This document shows positions 55,941-64,000 of a stretch of DNA of 64,000 bases, one piece after another (the stretch's first letter is position 1; each line of letters begins with the position of its first letter). Source of the DNA: Vulcanimicrobiota bacterium (GTDB taxonomy: Bacteria > Vulcanimicrobiota > Vulcanimicrobiia > Vulcanimicrobiales > Vulcanimicrobiaceae). The notes under the pieces were generated by a model that saw nothing but the letters and a program-made list of their open reading frames with translations, was not told where the DNA came from and made no database searches. A program made the position numbers and the translations under genes. The DNA lies in NCBI GenBank assembly GCA_963777315.1, contig CAVZQC010000002.1, forward strand, positions 576,001-640,000, in the 5' to 3' direction.

Positions 55941-57269
55941 CGCGATTGCCTGCGCGAGCGAGTTGCTCTTGTCCACCAGCACCGCGTCGACGTTCCAACG
56001 CTCGAGCACCGAAGACCATTGCGGCGAAACGCGCTGCACGAGCAGGTAATCTTTCCAGACTCTGGGCGGAAACGGATCGCAGCGGCCGTCTAAAAACGTG
56101 CGCAGATTCGGTTGCTCGAGCGCAAGGCTGCACCAGGCAAAGTCTTCGCAATACAGGTTGTGCGTGCCGCCGAGCTGCGCCAGCGCCGCAACCGCTTTGC
56201 GCGGCACCGTCACGCCGGTGATCTGCGGAACGTGCGCGAGGTCCGAAACGATCAGCGCGCAGACCATCGCGCTGCATGCGAAAATGAGCGTCAGGCTGAA
56301 CCGTTCCTGCAGTACGGCGTTGATCCGGCCCCGTGCCGGCAGCACCGTGGAGATTCCGGTTGCGGCCATGGGCGCGATGACCAGCGCGGCGAGCGGGATA
56401 TGGCGCACGGCGATGCCGCCGATGAGCGCAGCTGCGGCAAACAGGATGCCGTCGCGAAAGCGCTTTTGCGGCGCCGCAACGCCGAAATAGCAGCAGATCG
56501 CCAGCAGCGGGAGCAGCCCGGCAAAGAAGGCTGAAAAGCCGATATCGGGAGGCTGCCATTCCGCTATCGCGCTGCGTATCGTGCTCGTTTCCAACGTGAG
56601 CGCATACAGCGGCAGATTCCAGAGCAGCGGCGTGAGGCAAACCGCAAACAGCGTCCCGGCCGCGAGCACTGCGCTGCGGCAAGCGCGCGGCGTCCACGCG
56701 CGATCTTCCAAGCAAACCCCGAGCGCCCATGCGCCGACGAACACCGGCGCGATGAGCGCGCTGGCGTGCACGTTGGCCCAAATCGCGACGAGTGGAATCG
56801 CCAAAAAGATCCAATTGGTTTCCAGATCGAGCAGCAGCAGCAGCACGGCCAGGAACAGCCAGCCGAAGACCTGCGCGCGAACGCCGAACGCCTGCAGCAT
56901 CGCAAAGCCGGTGCACGCGGTGACGAGTGCCGTTGCAGACGTCGAGGCGCCGGCTTTGCGCGAACGGTACGCCGTCAGCAGCAGCGCACCCATTGCAGCG
57001 GCGGTCGAAAGCAGCGCCAGCACGGCGAAATGCTTGGTGGAATTCAGCCACGCCAGCGCAACGCTGAACGCCCACTCTTGCGGTATCCACCGCGCGCCGG
57101 GCGCGGTGAACGTCTCGCGCCCGAGCTGATGCGGCAAATGATGCGCGTGAAGAACGTAATGCCCCAGCCAGGTCTGCCAAGCCAGATCGCCGTCCTGGCC
57201 GGCATAAAACCACGCGCCGACGATAAAGCGCGCGCAAAAGATCGCAGCGACCGCGCAGGCGATTTTCAT
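55857..57269 (-). CDS. GT-C-like multi-pass membrane protein
   Basis: DGDLAWQ..LG, WIPQEW, RAQVF, WANVHAS, IAEWQPP, FLDGR.D; polytopic. Confidence 0.7.
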   Translation of the reverse strand: MKIACAVAAIFCARFIVGAWFYAGQDGDLAWQTWLGHYVLHAHHLPHQLGRETFTAPGARWIPQEWAFSVALAWLNSTKHFAVLALLSTAAAMGALLLTAYRSRKAGASTSATALVTACTGFAMLQAFGVRAQVFGWLFLAVLLLLLDLETNWIFLAIPLVAIWANVHASALIAPVFVGAWALGVCLEDRAWTPRACRSAVLAAGTLFAVCLTPLLWNLPLYALTLETSTIRSAIAEWQPPDIGFSAFFAGLLPLLAICCYFGVAAPQKRFRDGILFAAAALIGGIAVRHIPLAALVIAPMAATGISTVLPARGRINAVLQERFSLTLIFACSAMVCALIVSDLAHVPQITGVTVPRKAVAALAQLGGTHNLYCEDFAWCSLALEQPNLRTFLDGRCDPFPPRVWKDYLLVQRVSPQWSSVLERWNVDAVLVDKSNSLAQAIALRRDWHLFYRGGRYEIFLRQTVRTAQR

Positions 57270-58537
57270 TGCGCGCCACCCTTGCGCAGCAAAACGCGCT
57301 CGGAGTCGGCTTTGGACTCATGCCAGCCGGTCGATGCCAGCAGCGCGACGATGTTGGAGTCGTTTTGCGCGATCACCGAATCTACGCCGGCTCGCTCGAG
57401 CTCGCGGCGCCACGGGCCGCGGGTCGCCACGGCATCGCGCTGCGTGCGCAGTTGCCAGCCGCGCGCGATTCCGGCGCGATCGTCGAGCAGTGCATCAATG
57501 GCCGGAAATGCGGCGTTCACGCCGTCGCACCAGCGCGGCTGCTGGCACAGCAGGCGGTGAGGGCGCCGGTCCCGCGCGAGATTTCGCAGCAGTGCGGCGG
57601 GCTGATCCGGCGCTTGCGGCCACCGCACGCTTTTGGCCCCGAATGCGGCGGTGAGGAAAAAAGCAGCGCACCCCGCGACGCAGAACGCGCCGGCGTATCG
57701 CCGCAGCGCAACGTGCGGTATCTCGCAAGAATCGCCGTTGCGCCGTGCGGTGGCATCGGCGAGCATGGGCGCGGCCAGGATTCCCAGATACGGCAAATTG
57801 CGCGCATCCGCTATCGTTAAAAGCGCGAGCGCGAAAAACGTCGGCGCGTCCCAGGGCCGGCCGCAGCGCCGGAGGCCGAACCATCCCGCCGAAACGATCG
57901 CTGCGCAAAAGGCGGCCGACTGCAGCGAAAATCCGCCGTTCCACAGACGATCGCGCTGCGCTCCGGGCATGAACGCGTCCAGATACAGCGCGTGGGCCCC
58001 GTACGCGTGCCACGGCGCTCCATGCAGCTGAAGCGCGCCCAACACGAGCGCTCCGCCGGCGACCGCGGCCTTGTTGCGCACGGTCTGGTCGAAACCGCGG
58101 GCGTTCCGCAATGCCGACGCAAAAGCGATTGCGGCCAGCACTGCCCCCAGAGGCGCTCCGCCCTGCAATGCCGACCACAGCGCGACGATACTCAACGCGG
58201 CGACGATGCCGGTTCGTTGCCGGTCCAGCATCAAAGCGAATCCGGCCGCGCATGCCCAGCCGATCGGATCCAGACTCACGCCCACTCTGCCGGCAATGCA
58301 TATCGCCGCCAGCGCAACGGCTAAAGCGGCATAGCCCGGAGGCGCGCCGCGCAATCGCGTACGCACTGCGACCAGCACCAGCGCGCCGGCGCTCAGCACC
58401 GCGCACAGCGCGGCCACGGCTGCGAAGCCTAATGCGCGCAGCAGCGCGTCGAACAGCGGACCGCCGAGCAGATTGCGATCGTGCAACTGAACGAAGAACT
58501 CGGGCGTAACGCCCGGATGCCAAACGCTCATCTCCAA
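57266..58537 (-). CDS. Divergent paralogue of the adjacent GT-C-like protein
   Basis: Colinear motifs WSALQG, ARNLP, LLCQQPRWC, LLDDR and GVDSVI. Start uncertain. Confidence 0.6.
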   Translation of the reverse strand: MEMSVWHPGVTPEFFVQLHDRNLLGGPLFDALLRALGFAAVAALCAVLSAGALVLVAVRTRLRGAPPGYAALAVALAAICIAGRVGVSLDPIGWACAAGFALMLDRQRTGIVAALSIVALWSALQGGAPLGAVLAAIAFASALRNARGFDQTVRNKAAVAGGALVLGALQLHGAPWHAYGAHALYLDAFMPGAQRDRLWNGGFSLQSAAFCAAIVSAGWFGLRRCGRPWDAPTFFALALLTIADARNLPYLGILAAPMLADATARRNGDSCEIPHVALRRYAGAFCVAGCAAFFLTAAFGAKSVRWPQAPDQPAALLRNLARDRRPHRLLCQQPRWCDGVNAAFPAIDALLDDRAGIARGWQLRTQRDAVATRGPWRRELERAGVDSVIAQNDSNIVALLASTGWHESKADSERVLLRKGGAQ

Positions 58538-58553
58538 AGCGTTCCTGCGGAGG

Positions 58554-58898
58554 TCACTCCAGGATCAGGCGGTCTCCGATGAGGACGTGCCGGACCTCCA
58601 GGGCCCCGGCGCCGAGTTCCACGACGTTGCGCGCTCCAATGCACGAGATCACCGGGCGCTGACGCGGAACGCACCGGCGCGTTCTGACGACCTTCCCGTC
58701 GCCGTCTAAAAAGATCACGTCGATGTGCGCGCGCATGCACAGCGTATGAATGGCCCAACAATCGCGAAACCACAATCCTTCGTCCGGGTCGACCTCGCCG
58801 CGCGGAATGAAGCCGGCGAGCCGCTCCCACCAAGTATCGGCATAATGGACGTTGGCCGCGATGATCTCACCGGTCGTGGCATTCTTGAGCTGCGCCAT
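58554..58898 (-). CDS. DUF192-family protein
   Basis: ADTWWERLAG, GLW, IHTLCMR..IDVIFLD, VVEL.AG. Confidence 0.88.
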   Translation of the reverse strand: MAQLKNATTGEIIAANVHYADTWWERLAGFIPRGEVDPDEGLWFRDCWAIHTLCMRAHIDVIFLDGDGKVVRTRRCVPRQRPVISCIGARNVVELGAGALEVRHVLIGDRLILE

Positions 58899-58908
58899 CC
58901 TGCGGTTC

Positions 58909-59517
58909 CTAACGCCACATGCCCAGCGGGATCGCCAAGCCGATTGCCGCGGCGAGGTAGGGCGCGAAGGCGATGGCTCCGTGCCGGCGCCCGCGAGCGT
59001 AGCTGACTGCCACGGCGCAAAAGCAGGCCGCTGCAAAGGCCAGCACGGCGATCTGCGCGCCCAGAACCGCGCCGCCCAAGGCGACGAGCTTCGCGTCGCC
59101 CCAGCCCATGCCGCGCCCGCGCGAGAGCACCGCGGCGGCGGCGAACGGCGCGAACGGAATGGCCGCCGAAACCAGCAGCCACCAGTGATGCTGCCACAGC
59201 GCGACGACCAATAACACTGCAAGCGGACCCAGCGTAAAAACGTCCGGCACGATGCCGCGCCGCGCGTCCGTAATCCAGATCGCGATCAGCGCAACGCATA
59301 CGAGCGCGATCAGCACGACCTGCGATTGCGAAGCGGCGTGGGCGGTAACCAGCGCGCCCACGAACGCGCACCCGGCGACCAGTCCCGCGACGGGAGGTTC
59401 GCTCGTTTTCGGACCGTCGGGCAACGGTGCCAGACGTTCGGCAATGGTCGAGCCAAGCAGTACGCCCACGTACGCGGCGCTGGCAAAAAACAGCGCTCCC
59501 AGCAGCAATGCCGTCAT
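58909..59517 (-). CDS. Prepilin peptidase (A24, TadV/CpaA-like)
   Basis: ITD....VPD, GMGWGDAKL, IAFAPYL. Confidence 0.88.
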   Translation of the reverse strand: MTALLLGALFFASAAYVGVLLGSTIAERLAPLPDGPKTSEPPVAGLVAGCAFVGALVTAHAASQSQVVLIALVCVALIAIWITDARRGIVPDVFTLGPLAVLLVVALWQHHWWLLVSAAIPFAPFAAAAVLSRGRGMGWGDAKLVALGGAVLGAQIAVLAFAAACFCAVAVSYARGRRHGAIAFAPYLAAAIGLAIPLGMWR

Positions 59518-59526
59518 GGCTGCGCG

Positions 59527-60384
59527 TTACTTCGGCTGCGAGACATAGCTGGCAGCGAGTGCCCCGAAGATAACGACGAACAGCGCCGGCAGCATGAACA
59601 TCGCCATCGGAAAGACCATTTTCACGGGCAGCTTCGCGGCATGTTCCTCCACGAGCATGATGCGCTGGTTGCGCACGTCTTCGGCTAATTCGGCCAGTAC
59701 TTTGGAAATGTTCGTTCCCAAGCGCTCGGCTTGCGTGATCGCCGTTATGGTCGTCGTGAACTGCTGCTGCTGCAGCCGGTCGGCGGCCGCGCGCAGCGCG
59801 CTGGTGCGCGCGCGGCCCAGACGGATCTCCGAAAGCGCGGCCCTGATCTCTTCGCCCAATGCGCCGGGCGCGGCGTCGAGCGCATAGCTGAGTGCCTGAT
59901 TCACCGAAAGGCCGGCCTGTACCGTCGTCGCAACCATGTCGAGAAAATCCGGCAGCGCTCGCTGTACCTGCGCCTTTCGCCCCTCGGCGGCTCGCTCGAG
60001 CGCCGCCAGCGGAAGGTAAGCGCCTACGCCGATGGCCAGCACGCCGATGATTGCGCCGAAGACGACGTTGAGGTGAAACAGCGAAAGAACGACGATCGTC
60101 AGCACCAGACCGATCAGCGCGCCGCTGCAGATGCGCACGCCCATCTGCGCGGGAGTGACCGTATACCAGCCCGCTTCGAACAGTTTGCGGCGCAAGCGGC
60201 CGCGCCGCTCTTTTGAAAAGAGCTTTTCGAACGCGCGCACGTTTTTGGGATCGCGCTGCATGCCTCGCGATTCCAAATCCTCGAGCGTTTTCGACAGCAC
60301 GCTCTTTTGCGGAATGACCGAAAGCGCGAAGAGAAACGCGGCGGCCGCGCCCAGCAGGACGATCATCGTGATGAGCGGCGTCAT
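59527..60384 (-). CDS. tadC: Tad pilus platform protein TadC (T2SSF family)
   Basis: LPDFLD....VQAGLS, QAERLGT, EEHAAKLPVKMVFP. Confidence 0.92.
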   Translation of the reverse strand: MTPLITMIVLLGAAAAFLFALSVIPQKSVLSKTLEDLESRGMQRDPKNVRAFEKLFSKERRGRLRRKLFEAGWYTVTPAQMGVRICSGALIGLVLTIVVLSLFHLNVVFGAIIGVLAIGVGAYLPLAALERAAEGRKAQVQRALPDFLDMVATTVQAGLSVNQALSYALDAAPGALGEEIRAALSEIRLGRARTSALRAAADRLQQQQFTTTITAITQAERLGTNISKVLAELAEDVRNQRIMLVEEHAAKLPVKMVFPMAMFMLPALFVVIFGALAASYVSQPK

Positions 60385-61136
60385 GCGTTGATCTTGAGCA
60401 TTCGCGAGAGCGTGAAGATGCCCAGAGCCTCGAGCACGGCGACGATGACCAGCGCGAGGTGTCCGGGCGGGGTAAACCACAGCGCGTGCCCCATCGACGG
60501 TTCGGTGATCGAAATGAAGCCCGATAAAAACGGCGGGAGCGCGGACAGAATGCCGGCGCTGGCACGGCCTTCGGCGGTGAGCGCACTGATCTTGCGCGCG
60601 ATCCGCCGGCGCTCTTTGATCGTATTGGCCAAGCTGTCCAGAATCGATCCCAGGTCGCCGCCGGTCTGCGACTGTATGCGTATGGCACGGGCCATCATCA
60701 TCGTTTCATTGCACGGCATGCGTTTGGCCAACGTGTCGAGCGCGTCGTAGACGCTCACGCCGATGTTCGTCTGGCCGACCACGCGCATGTATTCGTATTT
60801 GGCCGGATCCGGCATCTCTTCGATGACCATTGCGAGCGCTTGACGCAAACCCAAACCGATGCGCACGCCGCTGCCGATCAGGCGCAGCGCCATCTCGAGC
60901 TGCTGCACGAACGTGTCCAGCCGTTTGCGCACTTTCATCGTGATGAACAACCGGCATCCGCCCAGCGCCGCGCCGGCGCACAGCGGCAGCAGCACTGCGG
61001 CAATCAGCGGCCCCGGGCGCAGCACCGCCCAAAGAGCCATCCACAGCAGTCCGGCCGCCGCGACGGCAGCGTAGAGCACCTCTTGCGGACGCGCGTGGAT
61101 GCCTGCGCGATCCAACAGCGCATTGCCGGCTACCAC
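60381..61136 (-). CDS. tadB: Tad pilus platform protein TadB
   Basis: QQLEMAL, IQSQTGGDL, TIKERR, ALTAEGR. Confidence 0.92.
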   Translation of the reverse strand: MVAGNALLDRAGIHARPQEVLYAAVAAAGLLWMALWAVLRPGPLIAAVLLPLCAGAALGGCRLFITMKVRKRLDTFVQQLEMALRLIGSGVRIGLGLRQALAMVIEEMPDPAKYEYMRVVGQTNIGVSVYDALDTLAKRMPCNETMMMARAIRIQSQTGGDLGSILDSLANTIKERRRIARKISALTAEGRASAGILSALPPFLSGFISITEPSMGHALWFTPPGHLALVIVAVLEALGIFTLSRMLKINA

Positions 61137-63223
61137 AGCGCACCGGCTGATGCCAGCGAAGAGAGCTTTCGCACGTCATACGCGACGCCGCACTCGTCGA
61201 AACGCACCAAGCACTGCGGCTGCACGCCGGTGTATTGGTATTCACCGCAAACCGAGTTGTCGAGTTCGACGCCGTGCTGCGCGTAGCGCACGATCTCCTG
61301 CATCGTTACGACGTCGGCTTCCATGCCGACGACCTCGCTAATCGAAACGATCTTTCGGCTCCCGTCGCGCATGCGCGCGGTCTGGATAATCAGGTCGACG
61401 GCGCTGGCAATCTGCTCGCGAATCGCTCGCACGGGCAAGTCGAAGCCCGCCATCATCACCATCGTTTCCAGTCGCGAAAGCGCGTCGCGCGGCGTGTTGG
61501 CATGGGCGGTGGTCAGCGAACCATCGTGTCCGGTATTCATCGCCTGCAGCATGTCCAGCGCCTCGCCGCCGCGGCATTCCCCAACGACGACGCGATCGGG
61601 CCGCATGCGCAGCGAATTCCGTACGAGATCTCGAATCTTGATTTCGCCGCGCCCTTCCAGATTGGCCGGCCGGGTTTCCAGCCGCACGACGTGGGGTTGG
61701 TTCAGGCTGAGTTCGGCCGCATCTTCGATCGTCACGATCCGTTCGCGAGCCGGAATGTAACTCGACAGAATGTTCAGGAACGTCGTTTTGCCGGATCCCG
61801 TTCCGCCGCTGATCACGATGTTCAAACGCGCTTCGATGCAGGCGCGCAAAAAGTCCAGCATCTCCGGCGTCGCCGATCCTTTTTCCAACAGGTCCTGCGC
61901 GGTAAGCCGGCGCGTGCCGAAGCGGCGAATCGTCAGCGCGGCGCCGTCGATGGCCAGCGGTTCGATGATCGCGTTGACGCGCGAGCCGTCCGGCAAGCGT
62001 GCGTCGACCATCGGCGCGGATTCATCCAGACGGCGGCCCAGCGGGGCGATGATGCGCTCGATTACCAAGCGCAGCTGCTGTTCGCCGGCGAACCGCTTGG
62101 CGGTCAGTTCGATCTTTCCGCGGCGTTCGACGTACACGGTTTTTGGCCCATTGACCATCACTTCGGTCACCGAAGGGTCGCGCATGAGATCTTCGAGCGG
62201 TCCCAGCCCCAGCGATTCATTGACGATCTCTTCCTTGATGAGCGCGATGCCCTCGGCGCTGAGTTCGTGCTGGTGGGTCTCGCTGAGCACTTGTGCGGCA
62301 GCTTCTTCGATCTTCGAACGCAGTTCGGCCAGCTTTGCCGAGTCGGTATGCGCGGCGCTGGCTTCGACCAGGTTGACTTTGCTCGAGAGCGTTTCGTGAA
62401 TCTGCGCTTTGAGCCGCTCTCTGGGGTCAGTGGAAGCGCTGTCGGCGTGCGCGCGACCGCCTGACAGTCGCGCTTCCTCCTGCATCGAATTGCGCGAGCG
62501 CATCGCCGAGCGCGGCTCGACGCGGCGGTCTTGGATGAAGCCTTTGGCCGAGGGCAGCAGCGATTCGATCGGCGGTTCGCATGCGATGGAGCAGATCGTC
62601 TTGGCCAATGCGGCGACGGCTTTGAGGTAAGCGCGATCGGAGGCGATCGGCAGCTCGCCGATGGCTGCGACTTCCAGCGCGCGTTCGATCTCGTGCCGAG
62701 ACATCGCGGCATTGCCGGCGCGGCAGTTCGTCAGCAGGACGATTCGCGTTATCGGCACGCCGAATTTTTTGAGCTCGGCAATCATGGTGCGCGCCGAAGC
62801 TATCCCCAGCAGCGTCGGCTCGGCCACGACGACGAAGCGCGACGCGCGAACGATGAACGGCCGCACGGGTGCGGCGAACGGGATCGGAACGTCGAGCAGG
62901 ATTCGATCCGCCGCGTCGAGCGTCGCCGCAAGCGTCTGCACGCGATCGAAATCGATCGTGAAGGCGGCATCGTACGCGGGCGCGAGCTCGGCCAGCGTCA
63001 GCTCCGCCACGTCGACTGTGCCGATCGTCGAGTCTTCGCGTGATGCGTCGAGCGCGCGCAGGGCGTTGAACACAATCGCCAAGTTGCGCCGGCCGGAAAG
63101 ATCTCCGTCGACGATTGCGGTCTTGGCGCCGCGGGCGCGAATCGCTTTGCCGAGTTCGGCGCAAATCGTGGTCGCGCCTGAGCCGCCCTTGGCGTTGACG
63201 AAGGCGAACGCCGCAGCGCTCAT
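61130..63223 (-). CDS. CpaE/TadZ (MinD/ParA-like) - CpaF/TadA ATPase fusion
   Basis: N-terminus AKGGSGATT, IVDGD, LLDVP; C-terminus GLGPLE, DARLPDGSRVN, GGTGSGKTT, TIED..EL, LRMRPDR..VGECR, MNTGH. Confidence 0.92.
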   Translation of the reverse strand: MSAAAFAFVNAKGGSGATTICAELGKAIRARGAKTAIVDGDLSGRRNLAIVFNALRALDASREDSTIGTVDVAELTLAELAPAYDAAFTIDFDRVQTLAATLDAADRILLDVPIPFAAPVRPFIVRASRFVVVAEPTLLGIASARTMIAELKKFGVPITRIVLLTNCRAGNAAMSRHEIERALEVAAIGELPIASDRAYLKAVAALAKTICSIACEPPIESLLPSAKGFIQDRRVEPRSAMRSRNSMQEEARLSGGRAHADSASTDPRERLKAQIHETLSSKVNLVEASAAHTDSAKLAELRSKIEEAAAQVLSETHQHELSAEGIALIKEEIVNESLGLGPLEDLMRDPSVTEVMVNGPKTVYVERRGKIELTAKRFAGEQQLRLVIERIIAPLGRRLDESAPMVDARLPDGSRVNAIIEPLAIDGAALTIRRFGTRRLTAQDLLEKGSATPEMLDFLRACIEARLNIVISGGTGSGKTTFLNILSSYIPARERIVTIEDAAELSLNQPHVVRLETRPANLEGRGEIKIRDLVRNSLRMRPDRVVVGECRGGEALDMLQAMNTGHDGSLTTAHANTPRDALSRLETMVMMAGFDLPVRAIREQIASAVDLIIQTARMRDGSRKIVSISEVVGMEADVVTMQEIVRYAQHGVELDNSVCGEYQYTGVQPQCLVRFDECGVAYDVRKLSSLASAGALW

Positions 63224-64000
63224 TGCCGGGTGGATGCGCTTGCGTACCGGTCGCCGTCGATCACGACGACCGCAGAATTCGGATGGACTATCGCCGGCCG
63301 TGGATCCGCGGCGCGCGCCGAAGAGCCGCCCAGGGCTTTGAGCAGCGCCACGTCGGCCGCCGCGGAGCTTTGCGCGGGTGCGGCCGCGGGCGCAGAAGGA
63401 GCGGCGCCATTGTCAAAGTGCAGCGTTTGCGCCGGTTGCGAATCGATCGGCTCCTTGGGCGAGCGCAGCGCAAGCCGAAGCGTCGTGTTCAAATCGGCCA
63501 TAACCAAAAGATCCGCCTGCTGCGGGGTAACTTCGAGCGTGACGGTGCTGGCGTTGGCTTCCTGCGGCGACGGCGTTGCCGACGTATATTCCAATGAATC
63601 ACCGATCGCCAGGACGCGCACGCCGCGCAAAATTGCGACGGCGGCGGGAGGCGCCGCGCCGGTTCGAGGCGGCTGGGAGATGACGTCGACGCGATCGCCC
63701 GGCTGAACCAATCCCGAAATGCCTTTGACTTTATCGATCTCCACACTGATCGCGCGCATCCCGGGCGTCAAACGTACCGTCAAGCCCACGTCGGAAGGAT
63801 GACCGATCATTGCCGAGGTCAAGCTCGCGCCGGCGGGTATCGTGATCAGCGAGAGCGCGCCCAGAGTCTGCTTGGGATCCGTGATCGCATTGGGGTCCAC
63901 CGCCGTAATCGGACGCGTTACGCGTGAGAGCATCGCCGCCGTGATGGGAACGCGCGCGGGAATCTCCGCTGCTGCGACGATAACCTGCACGGGCGCGCTG
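63220..64000 (-). CDS. cpaB: Flp pilus assembly protein CpaB/RcpC (5' partial)
   Basis: SAF-like VIVAAAEIP, PGMRAISV, GISGLVQPGDRVDV, VRVLAI, VTLEVTPQQA, LRLALR. Confidence 0.92.
   Translation of the reverse strand, partial: SAPVQVIVAAAEIPARVPITAAMLSRVTRPITAVDPNAITDPKQTLGALSLITIPAGASLTSAMIGHPSDVGLTVRLTPGMRAISVEIDKVKGISGLVQPGDRVDVISQPPRTGAAPPAAVAILRGVRVLAIGDSLEYTSATPSPQEANASTVTLEVTPQQADLLVMADLNTTLRLALRSPKEPIDSQPAQTLHFDNGAAPSAPAAAPAQSSAAADVALLKALGGSSARAADPRPAIVHPNSAVVVIDGDRYASASTRQ

Noticed and set aside
1..64000. Many long alternative-frame or antisense ORFs in the track (e.g. 3408-5024, 7667-9130, 33508-35139, 38753-40726, 58715-60688)
   Set aside because: They are Arg/Ala/Pro-rich shadows of recognisable genes, as expected in high-GC DNA, and carry no motifs.

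Overview
GC-rich (roughly 65% by eye), very gene-dense bacterial chromosome segment. Many start/stop codons overlap. Gene content and style suggest Vulcanimicrobiota/Eremiobacterota, which is an inference only. In order: a partial TPR gene; a six-gene operon (two type-1 copper cupredoxin lipoproteins, a SCO copper chaperone, a Cyc2-like monoheme cytochrome-porin fusion and an OmpR-family two-component system); split transketolase; an orphan PqqD/RRE protein; rpsO; assorted metabolic and transport genes; PolX; an fdhD/COG4280/phosphoesterase operon; ilvE; a BMP-type ABC transporter; a DUF5069-AI-2E fusion with arginase; a low-GC islet (barstar-like and DUF4265-like genes); a hem operon containing mobA; a respiratory cluster (menG, polyprenyl synthase, tatA, tatC, resB, ccsA, Rieske, cytochrome b-c with a PAWY Qo motif); tatD/metG/rsmI; a MalT/BTAD regulator; three GT-C-like membrane proteins; and the distal part of a Tad pilus locus with a CpaE-CpaF fusion. 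The best candidate for an undescribed system is the Cyc2-like/cupredoxin/SCO operon (650-4950), a possible copper-based extracellular electron-uptake or metal-oxidation module. Five apparent single-base lesions (tkt, Rieske ferredoxin, DUF4265, hemA/hemD junction, Rieske/cytochrome b junction) suggest residual assembly errors. I found no rRNA, tRNA, CRISPR array or transposase.
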